Virus record (IMG/VR): IMGVR_UViG_3300027896_000016
Reading direction: 5' to 3' (one strand)
Origin: an uncultured virus (IMG/VR IMGVR_UViG_3300027896_000016)
Taxonomy: Duplodnaviria; Heunggongvirae; Uroviricota; Caudoviricetes
DNA: 64,000 bases
Positions within the stretch are counted from its first letter, which is position 1; each line of letters opens with the position of its first letter. Both the position numbers and the translations under genes were made by a program. This document shows, piece by piece, positions 8,335 to 17,088 of the stretch. The notes beneath the pieces were generated by a model. The model made no database searches. It saw only the letters and a program-made list of their open reading frames with translations, and was not told the DNA's origin.

Positions 8335-11240
8335 AAAATTTCTTCGAGCAATTAAAGACTAGAGACAAGTTGTGCGAGGATAAAGATAAGATAATTATAC
8401 GAGTCATAGAAAGTCTTAAGATTCATAAGGATTTTCATGCCTTGCTAATGCCAGCTTTGTATGGTAGAGAAGTCAGAATTCTAAAATCAATGGGTGTTCC
8501 GTGTAATCAAATGTTTGCTATTGAACAAGAAGGTGATAGGCATGACGAAATAGTTTCTTGTAATCGGGAAGATAGAAAAGAATATAATGGAATAGTTACG
8601 ACTCCAAAGGCAATGGGCGCAAAAGAAGCGATTGAATGGGCCTATACTTTTAGGCAGGGGAAACCGTTTGATTTTATATATTTGGATTTTTATGGTCGTT
8701 GTAGGTTCAATTATCATTATGAGATAATTAAGAGAATCTTGAAGTTAAAGATGTTGGCTCCTAATGGTGTTATGATTTTGACATTTAGTGATGAGACGCG
8801 ATGTACTTCGGAAGTTTTGGAGCAAAATGATAAGCTAGGAGAAATATTTAGTGGTAGGCATTTGTCCGAGATTTTTTTGCTAGAAGCAGTAAAAGAAGTA
8901 AAGTGTCAGTATCCTAGACTAAATACGGAAAAATATGTTTCTAAGGGTTCTCGCCAAATACCAATTAATTATTATACAACTATAGCCGATTGGAGAGAAC
9001 CAAATTCTCTGCAAGAATGGTCTGATTTAACATCAAGTCTTTTGTATGAAGTTGTTGGATATAAAGGTAACGATAAGATTGATTTGGACGATTATTATTT
9101 AAGTCCTAAATATAAGATTTTTCAAGAAAAAATGATCGCTGATATTAAAGAAGAACTTAAGAGAAAGAAATCGTGTTCTATTGAACTATTCTGTGGTGGT
9201 GGCAAGACATTTATAGCTGGAAATGTTGCTATGGATTATAAGAAAGTATTGATGGTATCCCCTAATGTAATGGCGTTTGAGGGTTTTAATCGTGATTTAA
9301 AAGTAGCGGCGAAAAAATTTGGTCGAGAGATAGAGATTAATTATGAAAATGGTATAAAGATTTGTGATCTAAATATAATTACACCGTTTAAACTTTATAA
9401 TGAATGGAAGAAAGAATGTTCATACTTGAAACCTTTTGAAATGTTCATGCGTGAAGTAGATTTGGTAATTTTGGATGAAGTTCATAGGTATCCAGAAGAT
9501 CCAGAAAATACCTTACAGGTTATTAGCAAAGTAAAAGAGATAATAGAACAGTTTGTGCCGAATAGCCATGTATTAACAATGTCTGGTACTCATTTTAGGT
9601 CGGATGGAAAGAATCCGTATGGCATTAAAGATCCAGATATAAAACATTCGCTGTGTGATTTAATTACAGAAAATTGTGCTCCCGAGATGTTCGGTTATAC
9701 TGTGCCGATTCAAGTGGATGGTATTACAAAAGTTAGTAGATCTTCCGGTATGGTCAAATTTAAGACCAGATATTTAGAGAGATATCATAATGAAATTAGT
9801 GACATAATAAGTCGTGTTTATGGGATGGACCCAACAGCTTCTCATTGTATTTTCGTAAGTCATGTCGAGAATGCCAAATTATTAAGAGATGCTATTAATA
9901 GTAAGTTAGGTAAAAAATTTGAAGTTTTGGATCATAAAACTCCCAATAATGTTAGGCAAGAAATTATAGCCGAAATCAATAAAGGTGAGTTGCTTGGATA
10001 TATTACTGTTCAGGTTGGTTCAGAAAGTCTTAATATTCCGAGATTAAAATATTGTCACTTGGTAGCTAGAATTATTTCTGATGTTAAATTAATGCAATGC
10101 ATAGGAAGAGTAGCTAGGTCACACAAAGATAAAAATTGTTGCGTTGTTATTGATTATCAGGTTATGAAAGATAAGATCAAAAAATTGGCAAATGGTATCA
10201 AAACTATTAATGATATTCGTCGTGTCGGCAATGGTAATAATAAACCGTTAAGTAAGAATATTTCATTTGGTGGAAGGATATTTTCAGGTGAACCTATTTC
10301 TCTTAGTTTGGGTACTTATGAAGGATGGATTTTGTCTGAACAATATAAAAGATCAAATCTTAATTGGATAGTAAAATATAATGAATTAGTTAAATGGTTG
10401 AAAAAGTATAATAAATACCCCTCATATAGGTCTACAAATAAACAAGAAAGATTATTATATGTATGGTATAATATGCAAAAATGCGCTAAGAGAGGGAAAT
10501 ATTGTTATTTGTTAACTTTAGAACAAATAAAAATGATGGAACAATTGCCTGGATGGAAATGGGTAGATGATCGTGAAGAGAGATGGATAAATAATTATAA
10601 TAAAGTTTTAGATTTTTTAGAAAATTATAATAAATATCCGTCAATAGGTTCTAAAAATAAAGAAGAACAAAAATTATATAGATGGTGTAATCAACAAAAA
10701 CGTTCTAAAAAAGGTGTTGGTTCTTATTTATTGACTCCAGAACGTGTAAAAATGTTAGAGCAATTGCCTGGATGGAAATGGGTGCATAATATAGATGAAG
10801 AATGGGAAATTCATTATAATAAATTGTTGATATTTTTGAAGAGTCATAATAATAAATATCCTTCTAAGAAATTGGGGGATATAGAAGAACAAAAATTATC
10901 TAAATGGGTAAATACTCAAAAAAGATCCAAAAGAGGACAGGGTGAATGTTTAATGACTCCAAAGCGAGCAATGATGTTGGAGCAGTTACCTGGATGGAAA
11001 TGGAATAATGATTGGGATGAACAATGGATGGTTCATTATGATGAATATTCATCTTTTTTGAAGAATTATGATAGGTATCCCTCTCAATATTCAAAAAATC
11101 AAGAAGAACGAAGATTATCTACATGGTATAATAATCAACGACAGAAGAAAAGAAAGGGATGTTTATCCTCAGAATATAATGAATTGTTAGAAAAATTTCC
11201 TGAGTGGCAATGTCAGTCTCATAAGAAAAGAGCAAATTGA
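8331..11240 (+). CDS. SF2 (DEAD/DEAH-like) helicase with an N-terminal SAM-methyltransferase-like domain and four C-terminal helicase-associated (HA) repeats
   Basis: LFCGGGKT, ILDEVH, MSGT, QCIGRVAR; N-terminal FAIEQE...FDFIYLDFYG; four W..Y..L..F...Y..YPS....E..L..W...Q....LEQLPGWKW repeats. Confidence 0.85.
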   Translation: MKNFFEQLKTRDKLCEDKDKIIIRVIESLKIHKDFHALLMPALYGREVRILKSMGVPCNQMFAIEQEGDRHDEIVSCNREDRKEYNGIVTTPKAMGAKEAIEWAYTFRQGKPFDFIYLDFYGRCRFNYHYEIIKRILKLKMLAPNGVMILTFSDETRCTSEVLEQNDKLGEIFSGRHLSEIFLLEAVKEVKCQYPRLNTEKYVSKGSRQIPINYYTTIADWREPNSLQEWSDLTSSLLYEVVGYKGNDKIDLDDYYLSPKYKIFQEKMIADIKEELKRKKSCSIELFCGGGKTFIAGNVAMDYKKVLMVSPNVMAFEGFNRDLKVAAKKFGREIEINYENGIKICDLNIITPFKLYNEWKKECSYLKPFEMFMREVDLVILDEVHRYPEDPENTLQVISKVKEIIEQFVPNSHVLTMSGTHFRSDGKNPYGIKDPDIKHSLCDLITENCAPEMFGYTVPIQVDGITKVSRSSGMVKFKTRYLERYHNEISDIISRVYGMDPTASHCIFVSHVENAKLLRDAINSKLGKKFEVLDHKTPNNVRQEIIAEINKGELLGYITVQVGSESLNIPRLKYCHLVARIISDVKLMQCIGRVARSHKDKNCCVVIDYQVMKDKIKKLANGIKTINDIRRVGNGNNKPLSKNISFGGRIFSGEPISLSLGTYEGWILSEQYKRSNLNWIVKYNELVKWLKKYNKYPSYRSTNKQERLLYVWYNMQKCAKRGKYCYLLTLEQIKMMEQLPGWKWVDDREERWINNYNKVLDFLENYNKYPSIGSKNKEEQKLYRWCNQQKRSKKGVGSYLLTPERVKMLEQLPGWKWVHNIDEEWEIHYNKLLIFLKSHNNKYPSKKLGDIEEQKLSKWVNTQKRSKRGQGECLMTPKRAMMLEQLPGWKWNNDWDEQWMVHYDEYSSFLKNYDRYPSQYSKNQEERRLSTWYNNQRQKKRKGCLSSEYNELLEKFPEWQCQSHKKRAN

Positions 11241-11260
11241 TAATCTCACAATGACATTCC

Positions 11261-12299
11261 ATTTTGACGGGCTTGATCTTTGCTGTTCTGGCCAAACGAC
11301 AATCCGTCTCACGTTTTTCTGGACCTGTTCATTTCATCTTGACTCGCCTTGCCGCGTTCTCCTTATTCTCATTCGTACTTTTTGACGTAATTTGCCTGTC
11401 TCTTTTGCTCCCACCTGTTTTGACGTGCTTTTTTAGAGTGCCCGATTTGATCTTTACTAATTGACTAGCTGTTTCGTTTTACTGCACACTAACCTATTTT
11501 GACAAATTAACTCAGACAGCCGCCGCGCAAATTGACATGCCGTCTCACAGTTATTGCAAGTTATTTTGATCCGGCCAAAGGACAATATCTGCTCATTTCA
11601 GCCAAACATTTTGACATGTCTTGACTGGCCGACCGCAGCTAATCATTTTGACGAGCTAAGTCGCGCTAGGTTGAAATTTTGCCCGCACTATTTGACCTGC
11701 TTGTTTTCATCGCGTTGACCTATTTTGACTGGCAAGACTAGATCTTTTCGCATTAATTGACGTTCTGTTCCCTCTTTGTTTTGTCCATTTGACAAATCAT
11801 GTTGCCTTTTGCCAATTCGTTTGACTGGTCGAATTCTGCTTCGTTGCACCAAGCATTTTGACTCATTATCTCATGTCGAATCGACCGTATTTCTCCATTT
11901 TGACGATTCGGGCTATTGCGCACTACCCATTTTGACAAGCTTGCACGGCACGGTACACGTTTGAATTTGGCCCATTTTGACGTACTCTACTCAACTGTTT
12001 GCATCTCCACTTGAATTGCGCTATTTTGACGAGTTGAGCCGCTTTTTGTTTTACTTGGCTCCAAATGACGATTTACGTTAGCCAAACCGGATCGGACCAT
12101 TTGACGAATCGGGTCCGCACTTTCAATTTTATCCTAATTGACACTCTACCTTGTTCTGTTTTCAACTAGTTCATTTTGACTCGCTAACTTCGGCTCAATC
12201 AATCTACTTGACGTTTCATTTTGTTTCTTCCCAAGCAGTTCTCTAATTGACGGATTAAAACGATTTGTGTTCACACTAATCCGCGTTTACCTAATTGAC
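11261..12299 (+). repeat. Non-canonical tandem array: 27 units delimited by (W)TTGAC, each made of 5-8 NNN-YY pentamers; putative guide-RNA array
   Basis: 28 delimiters (25 TTGAC, 3 AAAnGAC variants); unit lengths cluster at 32-33, 36-39, 41-45 and 47-49 nt; e.g. AAATC ATGTT GCCTT TTGCC AATTC GTTTGAC. Confidence 0.85.
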
Positions 12300-12345
12300 A
12301 TTGTGTCTATTAGGCCGATTAACCTATCTAACAGGAGAAAGAAAC

Positions 12346-13161
12346 ATGGCACCGTCTATTCTTTCGCAGTTGAAGGAGAATTTCAAGGACCGCATGACCG
12401 TTACTGTTGAGTTTATCGACAAGGTTTATGGTGGTATTCCGAAGTGCAAGAAGTCGCTGGATTACTTTATGCAGGAACGGTGTATGTCTGATGAACAGAA
12501 GAAGTCCTTAGAGGAACGCTTGAGTATTCAGGGTATGACCGATGAAGAGAAGCGAATCGCTATGGATCTTAATTGGAACGTTTTTGAGAAGGATTTGCAA
12601 GGTAATTGTTGTCTTTGGACTGGCAATATCAAGGCTATGCTGCGGGAGATTTTTACGACCTTGGGCCTTACTCAGAAGCGGCATAAGAGCGGGGAAGATG
12701 CACACGCGGGCGGCAAACAGACTTTGCAGCATGGCGTCAGCGTTTGTTCCTGTAATCCCGGCGATTATCTCAGGATTCCGTTTCTTATTGACGGCAAGTC
12801 TCAGGCGGCTTCTCAGGGGTATGACGACAGGATTAAGCATATCGAAGACAAGGCGGGCAAGCGTAGCGTTATCGGTCGTCATGATTATTTCGTGACTCCG
12901 ACTATGCAATTTGTTTTGAGTTGGCCGCGAGACGGTGTTTATAGTGCGGCGGATATTATCAAGGCTCTTTGTTTCTGTGAAGACGATGGTCTTGGCGCTT
13001 GCCGCAGTCAGTGTTTCGGTCAATTCAAGGTTATCAAGATTGATTATGACGGTGAAGAGATTGACAAGATTATTACTATGGATGATTTGAAGAGATATAA
13101 GCCCGAGAAGAAGGCTGAAGAGGGCGAGAGTAAGAAGGGCAAGAAGGCAAAGGCGGGTTGA
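12346..13161 (+). CDS. Stand-alone Cas7/RAMP-superfamily-like RNA-binding protein (271 aa)
   Basis: AGGAG RBS at 12333; RRM beta1 MTVTVEFIDKVYGG; NIKAMLRE helix (cf. the S.KG.LR motif of RAMPs); C-terminal Gly-rich loop GLGACRSQCFGQFKV. Confidence 0.8.
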   Translation: MAPSILSQLKENFKDRMTVTVEFIDKVYGGIPKCKKSLDYFMQERCMSDEQKKSLEERLSIQGMTDEEKRIAMDLNWNVFEKDLQGNCCLWTGNIKAMLREIFTTLGLTQKRHKSGEDAHAGGKQTLQHGVSVCSCNPGDYLRIPFLIDGKSQAASQGYDDRIKHIEDKAGKRSVIGRHDYFVTPTMQFVLSWPRDGVYSAADIIKALCFCEDDGLGACRSQCFGQFKVIKIDYDGEEIDKIITMDDLKRYKPEKKAEEGESKKGKKAKAG

Positions 13162-13230
13162 TTCAACGGAATAGGGAGCAACTGGACGCAAAATTATTAT
13201 TTAGTACAGCATTGCGCCCTTTGATCCCAA

Positions 13231-13315
13231 CTTGGCGTAGCTTAAATATAAAGCGTGGCCATGCTGGCAAGTGCCAGCACATGAGATGCAGGTGTAACCC
13301 CTGCCGCCAAGTCCA
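13231..13315 (+). ncRNA. tRNA-like element with a non-canonical anticodon arm and encoded CCA
   Basis: Acceptor CTTGGCG/CGCCAAG + T + CCA; D-stem GCTT/AAGC; T-stem GCAGG/CCTGC with loop TGTAACC; anticodon position holds a TGCTGGC-AAGT-GCCAGCA hairpin. Confidence 0.6.
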
Positions 13316-13317
13316 TA

Positions 13318-13424
13318 GTCAAGTCCATTAGCTAGTAGTCAAGGCCAGAACGGGAAAAACTTTACCATCAGCAGTTTTCCCTGCAAATCGCGCCAGTGCC
13401 TCATTACTAGTCAATGGGCTTGAC
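13318..13424 (+). ncRNA. Putative long-stem structured RNA
   Basis: GTCAAGTCCATT..CTAGTA pairs with TACTAG..AATGGGCTTGAC; inner GGGAAAA(A)C/GTTTTCCC hairpin. Confidence 0.5.
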
Positions 13425-13430
13425 GTAGTA

Positions 13431-13542
13431 GCGGAGAAGGGAAGAGAAATGCCGTAGTAACTGGCTAGGTGTGGGCATTCCCCTTACGAGGAATCCGAAA
13501 GGATTGTCGCATTAAGGCTGAAACCAGTTACCCCTTCTCTGT
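13431..13542 (+). ncRNA. Putative multi-helix structured RNA
   Basis: GGAGAAGGG/CCCTTCTCT, GTAACTGG/CCAGTTAC, CCT-TACG-AGG, AATCC-GAAA-GGATT, and AATGCC/GGCATT (possible pseudoknot). Confidence 0.5.
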
Positions 13543-13567
13543 TTTATTATTTTAAGGAGAAATCGCT

Positions 13568-13939
13568 ATGATCTACCGTTTCAAATCCGCCATGAAGCCG
13601 TATAAGATTGGCAACAATAATCGTATGGTCGAAAAGATCGACAATTATTCGCGCCTTTTGATTTGGATACATCCGTCACTTGGAGGTTCTTTTACGAGAG
13701 GCTGCTTAGATGTTGGCCCGCTATACGGCCCCAATATTACAAACGAACGCGCCAGATTTTACTTTACTGAACAGGGTTTTCATCGTTTCGGTCATTATAT
13801 TATGTCCGATGCTAAGAGAAACGGCCAAATTTTGGTAGTCGAGAAGAGAAAGAATCCTAAGCGTTCGCAAATAATTTATCGGGATCAATGGCAAGTGGCT
13901 ATATTACCTAACAAGAAAGGAGAAAAAGATGGCGAGTGA
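13568..13939 (+). CDS. Hypothetical protein
   Basis: AAGGAG RBS; 123-aa ORF. Confidence 0.6.
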   Translation: MIYRFKSAMKPYKIGNNNRMVEKIDNYSRLLIWIHPSLGGSFTRGCLDVGPLYGPNITNERARFYFTEQGFHRFGHYIMSDAKRNGQILVVEKRKNPKRSQIIYRDQWQVAILPNKKGEKDGE

Positions 13940-14255
13940 CAAAGAATTTACGTCAGCCGAATTAAAGATAAGAAAAAGAATATGGTTTTTGAGAAGAGAG
14001 TTATCTAGAATTCATCTTCGAGAAAGATGGGCAAATCAAGAAATAAGTAAGGCACAAGAAAAATGTCAACATTTAGTAGTAAAAGCGGGAGATAAGGCAA
14101 TTTGCTCAATTTGCGACAAAAATTTGGGCTGGTGGTGCAAAACGTCGCCGCGCAATTTTTGCGATTATAGTAAAAAAGCTGACGATGGCCCTGTAGTAGA
14201 GTTTAGCAAATCTGACTATTGCAAATATTGCGGTCAACCGGAAGAAAGGAAGTAG
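13929..14255 (+). CDS. Cys-rich (Zn-finger-like) hypothetical protein
   Basis: CQH..CSIC..WWC..CDY..CKYCGQPEERK. Confidence 0.6.
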   Translation: MASDKEFTSAELKIRKRIWFLRRELSRIHLRERWANQEISKAQEKCQHLVVKAGDKAICSICDKNLGWWCKTSPRNFCDYSKKADDGPVVEFSKSDYCKYCGQPEERK

Positions 14256-14257
14256 AT

Positions 14258-15773
14258 ATGGGAGATAACGAATACCAAGAAATTCCCTACGAAGATTTCG
14301 CCCATGTCATAAGTACTCTCTTTAAAGAAAAAGACATAAAAACTTTCGTCAAATTGCGGCTAGAATTAGAAAATTATTTGAGTGTTTATGATAACGAAGA
14401 AGACGACACTTATCGGGTTTTAAATATGGCCAGAAGTATTTGCGTGGGCATTCACGAAAGCATGACAAATGATTATTATCACAGGCCACTAGGCGCGCTG
14501 AATGTTTTCAAAAAGCAGCCGCCGTATTTTTGGGTAATTTATTTCTTTGAACAAGGTGTGCGAGATAAAGAAAAAGCGCGTCGGGCGACAAAAGAATTGA
14601 CGTTTATTAAGAAAGAGCGACGTGGGAAGAAACTTAAGAAAGAAAAGGATTACTGGACATGAGCGAAAATAGAATTCGTAAGGCCAAGGAAAATCAAACA
14701 TGTACTTGGTGCAGGAGATTTTCTGGTAGATGTAAAAATAATGCAATTCTTTTCTTTGATAACAATACTAGTTATTGTCGTATTCATTGTATTTCTGCTA
14801 TAACTTTGGAATGTCAGATAGCTAATGATTCGCTTCTTGATTTAAATTCTAATTTTTCAGCTAGTGTTAACCTTCAAAGGGCTTGTAATATTGCAAAAGC
14901 ACTAGAAAAATACGACAAGTGAGGGCGCAATGGCTGACGTTTGGGACAGGCTAGTAGAATTAATCAATTGTCGCCTTGAATACTTATGCAAAGTCAAGGC
15001 TACACTAGAAAAAATTCTATATGGCGACAACAAAACTTGTGATTGGCATATCGACGTAAAGATGCTCAGGCCGAAAAATCGAGAATTATCAGAACAGCTT
15101 ACAAAAATTTTCGAGGAATCCGAAAAAGCCTTTAAATTGCTGACAAAAATCGAAGAGCATATAATCAATCTAAAATCCGAAAAGCCCGAGATTGAAATCA
15201 AGAAAGAAGATGTTCAAAATGATATAGATAATGCTTTGGATTTACTCCAAAATATTGATATTCAGATAAGTAAAATGCCAAGGGAGAAAAAAGATGAGAG
15301 TAACGAAGATTGAATTTCTTGAAGATGACCGAAATCTTACAATATTACGTGACAAAGATGGCGATAATAAATATTGTATTCACGAATGGGCTAAAAAGAA
15401 TAGATTGAGAATTCTGTCACCAAATCAGGATTGGTTATCTAGAGAGGAAATATTTGAGGAAATTACAAGGTTTTTCAACGACGATAATCGTGTACGTTTA
15501 AAGATTGAGATGATTTTCAAAGCGATAGGGTGGTAAAATAAGGAGCCGCAAATGCAAGCCCTAACACAAGTAGTTCTAGAAAGTCTTGAAGGCGACGGAA
15601 AGAAAGTAGTTATTAAACGCGCGCCCGGATGCGATTGGTATTATGTTGAATTTAATGGCAATGCTAAAAAATTCGACAGTAGATTTCAATGTCTCGAAGA
15701 AATTGCCAAGTATTTCGGCGGCGACGATACTAGGTCACAAACTGAACGTTTCTTTGATGTAATAGGGTGGTAA
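14258..15773 (+). CDS. Cluster of five small hypothetical genes (14258-14662, 14659-14922, 14930-15313, 15294-15536, 15552-15773); the last two are paralogs
   Basis: Coupled start/stop codons; 15294 and 15552 share EEI.(R/K)(F/Y)F..D...(I/T)E..F..IGW. Confidence 0.55.
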
Positions 15774-15798
15774 ATTTGCGGTAATGTTTCTTGGGAAA

Positions 15799-16020
15799 GT
15801 CAATGACCAGTTTCTAAAATGGTTTGAAAGTCCCTCCAAAGGGCAACTTTCAACGTAAGCGTTGACTAGACAGATTGTAACTGAACAATCTACCCGTGGA
15901 AGGGTGAAACACGTTGCGAATGCTACCCTAGTTTGCATCCTCTGTGATTGTCAGTGTCGAAGGGTTGTACAAATGTTAGAGTTTTTTTTGAATTACTTAC
16001 AATAATTCAAAGAATTTTGG
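15799..16020 (+). ncRNA. omegaRNA scaffold of IsrB copy 1
   Basis: Non-coding leader highly conserved between the two copies, with pairing-preserving changes; boundaries approximate. Confidence 0.7.
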
Positions 16021-16028
16021 AGAAGCAA

Positions 16029-17065
16029 ATGAAGAAAGTAATGGTTCCTGTAGTAGACAAAAATAATAAACCTCTTATGCCAACAACATGTTGGAGAGCT
16101 TCCAAGTGGATTAAATCCCGAAAAGCTACTCCATTTTGGAAACATGGTATATTTTGTGTTAGATTAAACGTAGAACCTTCTGCAAGAAATATGCAACCTA
16201 TAGCAGTAGGTATTGATCCAGGTAGTAAAAGAGAGGCATTTACTGTTAAATCAAAAAAGAAAACTTATTTGAATATTTTGACACATGCTGTAGATTGGGT
16301 TAAAAAGCAGTTGAAGTACGAAAGACTATGCGGAGAAGTCGCCGATTTAGAAAAACTCCATATAGAAAATCAAGATTTAATAGAAAAGGAAGAGGATTAC
16401 CGCCTTCTACCAAAGCTAGGTGGCAATTAAAACTCAGGATTGTTAATAAACTTATTAAAATATTTCCAATTTCCCAATTTGTAGTAGAAGATATTAAAGC
16501 TAAAACAAAAGGTCAAAGAAAATGGGATTCTGTTTTTAGTCCTTTAGAGTATGGGAAAACATGGTTTTATGAAGAACTTCGAAAAATTGCTCCTGTTAAA
16601 CTTATGCAAGGTTGGGAAGTAAATAATTTAAGAAATCGACTTATGTTAGAAAAGACTCATTCAAAGTTGGAGGAAGAATTTTCTGCCCATAATGTTGATA
16701 GTTGGGTATTGGCATGGAGTAGTGTCGGTGGAAAAGAAGAACCTGATAATGAATCTTTGTTGATTTTAGTTCCATTAAAATTTCATAGAAGACAATTATA
16801 TAAATTACAATTTTCTAAAGGCGGAAAACGTAAACTTTACGGTGGAACAAGAAGTATGGGATTAAAACGAGGGAGTTTAGTTGAGCATTCTGATTATGGT
16901 CTTTGTTATATTGGCGGAACATCTAAAAGGGGAATAAGTGTACATTCTCTTGTGGATGGCAAAAGAATTTGTCAATATGCTAAATTAGAGGATATCAAAT
17001 TTAAATGTTTTAGTAGCTTTAGATTTTACAGAAAGGAGGATATCGTTGATCCGTTTGTTGCATAA
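16029..17065 (+). pseudogene. isrB: IsrB (HNH-less IscB homolog) split by a 1-nt frameshift at about 16302-16306
   Basis: KPLMPT, GIDPG (RuvC-I), Arg-rich bridge helix, VVEDIK (RuvC-II), SAHNVDSW (RuvC-III); no HNH; ORFs 15948-16430 and 16328-17065 align end to end with intact copy 2. Confidence 0.8.
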
Positions 17066-17088
17066 ACAAATGAATTAACGAAATACTT

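Larger units (their letters stand above)
15799..17065 (+). mobile_element. IS200/IS605-superfamily non-autonomous IsrB (OMEGA) element, copy 1
   Basis: GTCAATGACC...GTTGACTAGAC left end shared with the 37614 copy; PLMP/RRXRR ORF; no tnpA; right end approximate. Confidence 0.8.

Noticed and set aside
11264..11964. Short ORFs 11264-11464, 11753-11938 (-) and 11776-11964
   Set aside because: No RBS, compositionally odd products, and they lie inside the 5-nt-periodic array; treated as spurious
11261..12299. Canonical CRISPR array
   Set aside because: The conserved element is only 5-8 nt and non-palindromic, and the 'spacers' have internal 5-nt periodicity; no 23-47-nt direct repeat and no cas1/cas2/cas6
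11261..12299. Cluster of sigma70 promoters (TTGAC resembles the -35 box TTGACA)
   Set aside because: No consistent -10 box 16-18 nt downstream, and promoters would not explain the pentamer register or quantised spacing; a sigma-decoy role cannot be fully excluded
12295..12345. ORF-track TTG start for the Cas7-like gene
   Set aside because: It falls in the last array delimiter; ATG 12346 has an AGGAG RBS
11261..13161. TIGR-Tas array
   Set aside because: TIGR units are of fixed length with box C/D-like repeats next to a Nop-domain protein; here the lengths vary in 5-nt steps and the protein is RAMP-like
12508..13191. 227-aa minus-strand ORF
   Set aside because: Antisense shadow of the RAMP-like gene, with no motifs or RBS
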